64,000 nt of DNA, from the NCBI GenBank assembly GCA_963786105.1, contig CAWAXX010000018.1, positions 96,001-160,000 of the forward strand, in the 5' to 3' direction. Numbering within the stretch: the first letter of the stretch is position 1; every line of letters begins with the position of its first letter. The translations under genes were made by a program, and so were the position numbers. Shown piece by piece: positions 57,540 to 64,000 of this stretch. The notes below the pieces were generated by a model. The model was not told the DNA's origin, did not search any database, and worked only from the letters and a program-made list of their open reading frames with translations. The stretch comes from Vulcanimicrobiota bacterium (lineage in GTDB: Bacteria; Vulcanimicrobiota; Vulcanimicrobiia; Vulcanimicrobiales; Vulcanimicrobiaceae).

Positions 57540-59588
57540 ATGCGTACCTTCCTTGCCGCGACGTTGCTCGCGGTCGCCGTTTTGGGAGGACGGCCTACCG
57601 CCGCATCGGCGCGCACGTTGGAAATCACCGACATGGCCCGCATCGTCGACCTCGAAGAGCCGGCGATCGCACCGGACGGGCGCCGCGTGGCCGTCATCGC
57701 CATTCGGCAGGATCTCGAGCGCGCGATCGAAGTCAACTCGCTCGAACTCGTGGACGTCGCGAGTGGAAGGCTGCAGACGCTGGTACGCGGTCACGACGTA
57801 TCGGTACCGCGATGGTCGCCGGATGGCCGGCGGCTCGCCTATTTGGCACGACCGTCCGACGGCGCGGTGCAGCAAGCCTACGTGCGCGGCATCGACGGAA
57901 CGACGCTTCCACTTACGCATGCTCTCGCCGACGTCATCGACCTCGCCTGGAGTCCTGACGGCGCGCGCATCGCCTTCGTGGCGTCCGACGGGCCTGCAAA
58001 TCACTTGGCATTGGCGCACCACCACGACTACTTCTTTGCCGGCAACAACGATTACACCGCAACTGCGCTCACGCCGCCGGATCACCTCTGGGTCCTTCCG
58101 TCGCGCGGCGGCCGCGCGCAGCGGCTCACGTCGGGTACGTGGACGATCGCACCGACCGACCCCGGCGGAATTTTTTCACCGCAAATCACCTGGACGAGCG
58201 ACGGGCGGTTCATCACCTTCACTCGGGTCGCCAGCACCTTCGGCGGCGATGATGAAAACTCGACGCTGTGGCAGATCGGTGCGACGGGCACGGGTCTGCA
58301 CAAACTCACCTCGCATCCCAACGTCGAGTTAAGTCCGGCATATTCACCCGACGGAATCCGGCTCGCATATTGGTATCCGCTCGACGGTAACTTTCTGGCG
58401 GAGAACACCGTGCGCATGCTCGCCGCTGGAAACGATGCGGCCTTTATGCCGACCCTCGACCGCAACGTCGCGGGCTCGCTATGGTTCCCCGACGGGCGGC
58501 ACATGCTCGTTTGCGCCAGCGACCGCACCCAAACGGTGGCGTGGGTCGTCGACCTCTCCGGGAATCGGCATCCGTTTCCGCTCGGCAACCTCAACATCGT
58601 CTGCGACCCGTATTCGAGTTCGACGTTCGATGCCGGGATTGCCGCGAGTATCGCGCGCAACGGCGGAGTCGCCTTTCTGGCGAACGATGCGCGGCATGCT
58701 CGCGAACTGTACTATTTTGCGCCCGGCGCCATAGAGCCGCGTCGGGTGACACACCTCAACGACTTTCTTGGCGCCATTTCCATCGGCCGAATGAGCGCGT
58801 TCGAATGGGGTGGCCCGAATGGTTTTTCCGAGGACGGAGTGCTCACCTACCCACCGTCGTTCGACGCCGTTCGTGCCGCCAACCCAGCCGCAAAGTTCCC
58901 GGTGGTGTTGCTTATTCACGGCGGTCCAGGGCTCTCGAATTCGCTCGAGTTCGCTTGGGAACAGTGGCCGCTCGCGCAAATGATTGCATCGCATGGCTAC
59001 ATCGTCTTACAACCGAACTACCGCGGGAGCGATAATCTCGGCAACGCGTACATGCTCGCGATCGTCCGCGACACCGCCGAGGGACCAGGCAACGACGTCA
59101 TGTCCGGTTTGGCCGCACTCGAAAAGGAGCCGTACATCGACGATAAGCGCCTGGCCGTTTCGGGATGGTCGTACGGCGGACTCCTTACGACCTGGCTCAT
59201 AGGTCACTATCACGTTTGGCGCGCGGCCGTCTCGGGAGCTGCGGTCAACGATGAAACGCAAGAGTATAACCTCTCCACCTCCAACGTACAGAATACCTAT
59301 TACCTGGGAACCTCACCGTACGTCGGCGACGGAGCGCGGGTTTATGCGGAACAGTCGCCGATTACGTACTACAAGAACATCACCACACCGACGTTAATCT
59401 GGGGGACGACGCTCGACCCGGTGGTTCCGATTCCCCTGTCCTACGCGCTGTACCACGCCCTGGCCGACAACCACGTCCCGGTTCGCTTTCTCGTGTTCCC
59501 GGCGGCTACGCACGGCCCAAGCAATCCCGTCCAAACCGCCGACCTGACGCGCTTTTGGCTGGAGTGGCTCGATTCGCACCTGCGCTAG
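57540..59588 (+). CDS. Secreted S9-family peptidase
   Basis: Signal peptide MRTFLAA, WSPDG repeats, HGGP, GWSYGG, DPVV, HG. Confidence 0.93.
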   Translation: MRTFLAATLLAVAVLGGRPTAASARTLEITDMARIVDLEEPAIAPDGRRVAVIAIRQDLERAIEVNSLELVDVASGRLQTLVRGHDVSVPRWSPDGRRLAYLARPSDGAVQQAYVRGIDGTTLPLTHALADVIDLAWSPDGARIAFVASDGPANHLALAHHHDYFFAGNNDYTATALTPPDHLWVLPSRGGRAQRLTSGTWTIAPTDPGGIFSPQITWTSDGRFITFTRVASTFGGDDENSTLWQIGATGTGLHKLTSHPNVELSPAYSPDGIRLAYWYPLDGNFLAENTVRMLAAGNDAAFMPTLDRNVAGSLWFPDGRHMLVCASDRTQTVAWVVDLSGNRHPFPLGNLNIVCDPYSSSTFDAGIAASIARNGGVAFLANDARHARELYYFAPGAIEPRRVTHLNDFLGAISIGRMSAFEWGGPNGFSEDGVLTYPPSFDAVRAANPAAKFPVVLLIHGGPGLSNSLEFAWEQWPLAQMIASHGYIVLQPNYRGSDNLGNAYMLAIVRDTAEGPGNDVMSGLAALEKEPYIDDKRLAVSGWSYGGLLTTWLIGHYHVWRAAVSGAAVNDETQEYNLSTSNVQNTYYLGTSPYVGDGARVYAEQSPITYYKNITTPTLIWGTTLDPVVPIPLSYALYHALADNHVPVRFLVFPAATHGPSNPVQTADLTRFWLEWLDSHLR

Positions 59589-59642
59589 AACGGCTCGTCC
59601 CGGCGGCTCATCCGTTCGGCGCCCGCAAGCGTTGAAGGGAAT

Positions 59643-60287
59643 ATGACACGATTTCTGGCCGCTCTCCTCGCCGTCGTCCTCGTCGCCGCCGCACCCCCAA
59701 CCCCCCACGCCGGTGCGAACGTCCAAGCGCAGCGCGTGGTGCTCGCCGGAGGATGTTTTTGGGGAATGCAGCTGGTCTTCGAGTCGCTCAAGGGCGTGCG
59801 CTCGGCCGTGGCCGGATACGCCGGCGGAAATGCCGACACCGCCCATTACGAAATCGTCAGTAGCGGCACGACCGGACACGCCGAGTCGGTCGAGATCACG
59901 TACGACCCGTCGGCGATTTCGTTCAAACAGCTGTTGGAGGTGTACTTCACCGTAGCGCACGACCCGACCGAGCGCAATCGCCAGGGTCCAGACGACGGAA
60001 CGCAATACCGCTCGGAAATCTTCTATACGACCGCGGACCAGCACGCTCAAGCCGTCGCGAAGATCGCGCAGCTCGACCGCGGCCATGCGTACGCTTCACC
60101 GATCGTCACCGAGCTGGCTCCGCTGCGCGGCTTCTACCCGGCCGAAGGCTACCATCAGAATTTCGCCGTCCACAATCCGACCAATCCGTACATCGTGGTC
60201 AACGATCTTCCGAAGCTCCGCGCGCTGCAGCAGAAGTATCCAGCCCTCGTCAAGCCAAATGCCGCCGCCTTCTTGAGCGGTATCTAA
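59643..60287 (+). CDS. msrA: Peptide methionine sulfoxide reductase A with signal peptide
   Basis: GGCFWG, GHAE, HDPT..NRQG.D.G.QYRS, FYPAE.YHQ. Confidence 0.95.
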   Translation: MTRFLAALLAVVLVAAAPPTPHAGANVQAQRVVLAGGCFWGMQLVFESLKGVRSAVAGYAGGNADTAHYEIVSSGTTGHAESVEITYDPSAISFKQLLEVYFTVAHDPTERNRQGPDDGTQYRSEIFYTTADQHAQAVAKIAQLDRGHAYASPIVTELAPLRGFYPAEGYHQNFAVHNPTNPYIVVNDLPKLRALQQKYPALVKPNAAAFLSGI

Positions 60288-61195
60288 CCGGGCTCGTCGT
60301 CCACGTGTGAGGCGTACGAGCGTGGATCGAAGTACCAGTCGGGCAGCGATGCGGGAAACGCGATGTCGTTGAAATCGTAATCGACGGTCGCGTCTTTTCC
60401 TAAGTACTCAGCATCGGCTTCGAGCGTCGGCGTCCCGTGAATGTGCGTTACCACGGGCATGCTATTCAGCCACCCCATCGTGACGGTGAAGATCATCGGA
60501 TAGACGTGCCGGCTGTCTTCGTCGTAGAGTTTGTCGGTCGCGACGACTTGTTGCAGCTCGAGCGTCTTGCTGTCGACGAAGAGCTCGCGCAACCGGTTGC
60601 GTTCCGGATCGCGCCGCGGCTGCAAGATCACGTGCGTGAGATTACCCTGCGTCGTAATGCCGGTTACCCGATAGTCGAACTCACCCATGACGCTCACGCT
60701 GGCAATCAACGGCGGCGCGCTGCCCGTCGGTTCAGGCGTTGGTACGAAGGTGCGCGGATTGCTGTGCGGGTGCGCCGGCGCAGGCTCGAAAAGATCGGCC
60801 GTGGGTGGCCCCGGGTCCCACGGCTCGTTGAAAGACGGTCGCAAGAATTCCAGCGTTCCGCGTGCGGACCCGCGATACACCTTGCGTCCTAAGGCTGCCC
60901 GATCGTAGGTCCGGCACCAAATGTGATACGTGTAACTGTTGACCAAATCCGGATAACCGTCGTCGAGCGTTTGCTTGCGGATGAGCGTGTAGGTGACGTA
61001 GGCCGGCGGCGGCCGATGCGAACGAAACTGCCGGCGGATCAAATACAGCAAACGATCGGGCGACGGCAGCGGAACCGGCGTCGCTACCGGCGCGGCCGAA
61101 GCGCCATTTGGGGCCGCCGCGGCCGCGAGAACACCAAGTGCTACGACGAACGCCACCGCTAGAAGCGATTTCACCAGGACGCTTTTGATGCGCAA
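60284..61195 (-). CDS. Hypothetical secreted protein
   Basis: TTG 61195 after AGGAG (or GTG 61174); signal peptide; LQP..DP...RLRELFVD motif. Confidence 0.7.
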   Translation of the reverse strand: MRIKSVLVKSLLAVAFVVALGVLAAAAAPNGASAAPVATPVPLPSPDRLLYLIRRQFRSHRPPPAYVTYTLIRKQTLDDGYPDLVNSYTYHIWCRTYDRAALGRKVYRGSARGTLEFLRPSFNEPWDPGPPTADLFEPAPAHPHSNPRTFVPTPEPTGSAPPLIASVSVMGEFDYRVTGITTQGNLTHVILQPRRDPERNRLRELFVDSKTLELQQVVATDKLYDEDSRHVYPMIFTVTMGWLNSMPVVTHIHGTPTLEADAEYLGKDATVDYDFNDIAFPASLPDWYFDPRSYASHVDDEPG

Positions 61196-61293
61196 CCTCC
61201 GCCTCTCCTGGCGGCCTCTTCTAAGGATACGCTCAGCATCGCCATTGCCGCGATCTCGGAAAGATGGTCGATGAGTGCACCGAATCACTCATC

Positions 61294-62247
61294 GTGCCGA
61301 AGAAATCGCGCGCTCGCCGTCGACGCCAACCCCTCATTCTCGCGTTCCTAGCGGTCGTCGCGATCGCGGCAGTGACCGGATGGTGGTTGCTGACCCCTCG
61401 GACCAAGAGTCCGCCGCCGAATCGCGTCGCAACGCTTCCCGTCGAAACCCCGGCGACGGAAACGCCGCTTGCCGTCGAGACCGAATCTCCTTCGCCCGAG
61501 CCTACGACGACATCGTTGCCGACCGCACCGCCGACCGCTATGCCAGCGTTGCCGCGCGTCTCGCCCAGCCTCCAACCCGGCGGACCTCGGCTGGCTTTGA
61601 TCGTCGATGATTGCGGCCAATGGATCGACACCGAACGCGGATTCGTTGCCCTCGACGTACCGCTAACGCTCTCCGTGTTGCCCGACGTGCACTATACCGC
61701 GACCATCGCGCGCGAGGCGGCCGACTCCGGCAAAGGCGTGATGCTGCACCTTCCGATGGAAACCGTTTCGGGTCTCGACCCGGGGCCCGGAAAGATTACC
61801 ACCGAGATGTCCGATGCACAGATCGACGCGCAGGTTGAAGACGACCTTTCACAAGTACCGCTGGCGCGCGGCGTCAACAATCATGAAGGCAGCAAAGGCT
61901 CGGCCGACCCGCGCGTCATGCGCGACGTCATCGGAGTGCTCGCGAAACACGGCGTGTTCTTCGTCGACTCGCGAACGAGTTCGGCCTCCGTCGGGGAGCA
62001 GACGGCGCAGGCAGCCGGCGTGCCGACCGCAGCCCGCGACGTGTTCCTCGACAACCAGGCGTCCGTCGCATACACCGAAGCGCAGCTACGTGCGGCAGCG
62101 GAGATTGCGAAACGCACGGGCAGCGCCATCGCGATCGGCCACCCGCGCCCAACCACCCTCGCGGCGGTACGCGCGCTGATCCCCGAGCTTCAGGCGTCGG
62201 GTATCCAGTTCGTGCTGGCGCAAGACCTAGTGTCCGAAAAGCCCTGA
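61294..62247 (+). CDS. Divergent polysaccharide deacetylase (YibQ-like)
   Basis: LIVDD.G, LHLPME, NNHEGS, DSRT, RDVFLD, AIGHP; N-terminal TM and Pro/Thr linker. Confidence 0.92.
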   Translation: MPKKSRARRRRQPLILAFLAVVAIAAVTGWWLLTPRTKSPPPNRVATLPVETPATETPLAVETESPSPEPTTTSLPTAPPTAMPALPRVSPSLQPGGPRLALIVDDCGQWIDTERGFVALDVPLTLSVLPDVHYTATIAREAADSGKGVMLHLPMETVSGLDPGPGKITTEMSDAQIDAQVEDDLSQVPLARGVNNHEGSKGSADPRVMRDVIGVLAKHGVFFVDSRTSSASVGEQTAQAAGVPTAARDVFLDNQASVAYTEAQLRAAAEIAKRTGSAIAIGHPRPTTLAAVRALIPELQASGIQFVLAQDLVSEKP

Positions 62248-62280
62248 TTTATTCCAGATCGAGAAGACGAGGGCCGAGGT

Positions 62281-62655
62281 TTACTGTTCGGCGCTGAGCC
62301 AGCGTTCGGCCCAGCGCCCTAGCGCGTCAAGCGGCTCCCGCAGCTCGCGGCCACGGCAGGTCAGCTCGTATTGCACGCGCACGGGCGATTCCGGCAGAAC
62401 GTCGCGGCGAATGATCCCGACCGCTTCGAGCTCGCGAAGGCGTTCGGTTAGCAGACGGTCCGAGATGCCCGGAATCGCAGCCAGCAGCTCGTTGAATCGC
62501 CGTGGTCCGGGTAAAAGGACACGAATAATCGCTCCGGTCCACCGCCGGCCGATCAGTTCGACGGCGCGATGAAACCGTGGACAGAGGCTTTCCGAGGCCT
62601 CGGCCGGTTCCGCCTCGGATTCTGGCTTATTATCTATTGCCTGGTTACTTGACAT
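62281..62655 (-). CDS. HxlR-family winged-helix regulator
   Basis: CP....ELIGRRW, RFNEL, IS...L..RLRELE, P.RV.YELT. Confidence 0.93.
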   Translation of the reverse strand: MSSNQAIDNKPESEAEPAEASESLCPRFHRAVELIGRRWTGAIIRVLLPGPRRFNELLAAIPGISDRLLTERLRELEAVGIIRRDVLPESPVRVQYELTCRGRELREPLDALGRWAERWLSAEQ

Positions 62656-62718
62656 AAGTTATAATGCACAGTACGCTACTGTAGCTTACCCTATGTGGGG
62701 TTACTAATGCAAGATAAG
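62644..62718. promoter_or_regulatory. Divergent AT-rich promoter with repeated TTAC half-sites (putative HxlR operators)
   Basis: GTTACTTGACATAAG, CTTACCCTATGTG and GTTACTAATGCAAG lie between hxlR and the DoxX gene; TATAAT present. Confidence 0.5.
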
Positions 62719-62731
62719 GATTTTAAGCAGC

Positions 62732-63238
62732 ATGAGCCTGGCGCTTCTCATCGTTCGCCTCATTGTCGGTCTGGGCATTGCCGTCCACGGCTCCCAGAAG
62801 CTCTTCGGCTGGTTTGGCGGGTACGGCCTCGCTGGGACCGGCGGCTTCTTTGAGGGCCTCGGCTTTCGACCCGGACCGCTGTTCGCGCTTGCAGCCGGTC
62901 TCGGCGAGACCGCTGGCGGCGTTCTCTTGGTCCTCGGGCTGGGCGGACCCATTGGGCCCGCGATCGTCGTAATGGTCATGCTGGTGGCCATCTTCGCGGT
63001 GCACATCAGCAAGGGTTTTTTGAACCAGAACGGCGGTTGGGAGCTGCCCGTGCTGTACGTCGCCGCGGTGCTTGGGTTGGCCTTTACCGGGCCTGGCGCG
63101 TATTCGCTCGACCGCGTCTTGGGGATCTCAATCCTCAGCGCCGAGAGCCAAGTCTGGTACGCACTCGCTGCCGCCGCCGTTCTCGCAGCGCTGAACTTGC
63201 TGGCTCGCCGGCCCGTCAAAGCGGCAGCCACGACCTAG
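62732..63238 (+). CDS. DoxX-family membrane protein
   Basis: R..VG....HGSQKLFGWFGG.G..GT, GE..GG, H..KG.....GGWE. Confidence 0.93.
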   Translation: MSLALLIVRLIVGLGIAVHGSQKLFGWFGGYGLAGTGGFFEGLGFRPGPLFALAAGLGETAGGVLLVLGLGGPIGPAIVVMVMLVAIFAVHISKGFLNQNGGWELPVLYVAAVLGLAFTGPGAYSLDRVLGISILSAESQVWYALAAAAVLAALNLLARRPVKAAATT

Positions 63239-63708
63239 CGTCGAGGCGGTACGGGCAGCCCGGTACGTCGCGGAAGCGGCGTACCGCTCCAGGCGGGTCG
63301 GGGCGTCGGCACCGGCTCGGGCGTGAAAACGGATCGGCGCGGCGGCGCACCCGCGAAGGGGCGCGCGGACGCGACCGGTGCCGCCGGCGGCGTGCGAACG
63401 TCAAGCGTGCGGGATCCCGCCCGGTAGAGGATCTCGTCGCCTAGCGCTCGCAGGAGCGGCGCGACCGCGACGCTCGATACGTCCATGTCGCCGTCGAAGC
63501 GCAGCGCAAACGGCACGCGCACCGTGCGGCCCGCTCGCTCGGCCACCAGCACGCGGTCTTCAAACCACATCCGGTCGACGAGCATGCGCACGAGGCTCAG
63601 CGGAGCATAAATGCGACCGCCGAGGATACGTGCGTGCACGTAAACCGCAAGCCTTCGGCCGTCGACCGTCACCGTGACCGGAGGCGGTGGTGGGAATACG
63701 GGCACCAT
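63235..63708 (-). CDS. Hypothetical protein (copper-amine-oxidase N-terminal-like)
   Basis: VTVDGR..., GRIYAPL, LRALG..I.Y motifs. Start moved to ATG 63708. Confidence 0.6.
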   Translation of the reverse strand: MVPVFPPPPPVTVTVDGRRLAVYVHARILGGRIYAPLSLVRMLVDRMWFEDRVLVAERAGRTVRVPFALRFDGDMDVSSVAVAPLLRALGDEILYRAGSRTLDVRTPPAAPVASARPFAGAPPRRSVFTPEPVPTPRPAWSGTPLPRRTGLPVPPRR

Positions 63709-63727
63709 GCACGATATACCGCGTCGA

Positions 63728-64000
63728 ATGGGGCGATTCATTTCAGCCTTTCGCGACGGCGCGTTACGGTTTTCACGTGACGGTTGCGCGTTTCTCGCGC
63801 AGTCGATCGCCTTCAACGCGCTTTTCGCGACATTTCCTTTGATGGTGCTGGTGCTGAGTGCGGCGACCCTCGTGCTCCCCTCGGCCGAGCGTCGCACGCT
63901 GCTTTTTTTCGACACGTTCGCCCCAACGTTGCACGACTACGTCGCGACGAATTTGCAGACGTATATCTACGGCCGCGGAATTTCCAGCATTATCGCACTG
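63728..64000 (+). CDS. YihY/BrkB-family membrane protein (3' truncated by the window)
   Basis: Manual translation MGRFISAFRDGALRFSRDGCAFLAQSIAFNALFATFPLMVLVL, open to the window end. Confidence 0.8.
   Translation, partial: MGRFISAFRDGALRFSRDGCAFLAQSIAFNALFATFPLMVLVLSAATLVLPSAERRTLLFFDTFAPTLHDYVATNLQTYIYGRGISSIIAL

Noticed and set aside
48588..58085. Long ORFs 48588-50072 (+) and 56157-58085 (-)
   Set aside because: Overlap well-supported genes in other frames or strands; Arg-rich composition with no recognisable domain.
61200..61260. TPP-riboswitch-like GCTGAG...CCTTAGAA on the minus strand
   Set aside because: Lacks the CCTGAT and GCGTAGGGA core.

Overview
GC-rich bacterial chromosome segment. 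It combines Terrabacteria-type genes (YqeG, DUF4446, NrdR boxes) with an outer-membrane TonB-dependent receptor and many lipoproteins, which suggests Eremiobacterota/WPS-2 (inference only). In order: (1) the 3' end of a LuxR-HTH regulator; (2) a six-gene, mostly translationally coupled envelope operon (TonB-dependent receptor plus five lipoproteins, one a DING/PstS-type phosphate binder with no PstCAB in the window), preceded by a structured, motif-rich leader; (3) a convergent arsenic operon arsR-arsI-aquaporin-arsC; (4) tig-clpP-clpX and seven tRNAs; (5) SRP RNA followed by DUF4446-M23-yggT-lepA-rdgB-GNAT; (6) a tyrosine catabolic cluster (hppD, hmgA, fahA) with no recognisable maleylacetoacetate isomerase but with an unknown protein, a CDGSH Fe-S protein and an Egt1/EgtB-like sulfoxide synthase; (7) icd, cobC-cobT-cobS, a ferritin-like gene, tRNA-Ser and a GntR/YtrA pair; (8) aroE-yqeG and a class II ribonucleotide reductase (nrdJ) with NrdR boxes, a 1-nt frameshift and a 364-aa LAGLIDADG intein; (9) a block of secreted enzymes, ABC binding proteins, S9 peptidases, msrA, HxlR/DoxX and a partial yihY. 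Best candidates for undescribed biology: the TonB/DING lipoprotein operon, the unusual homogentisate/sulfoxide-synthase cluster, a REP-like repeat that supplies the stop codons of three genes, and a recurring GG-N18-CGNA putative promoter. All calls come from reading the sequence by eye; no database searches were run. Many start codons were moved from the ORF track.
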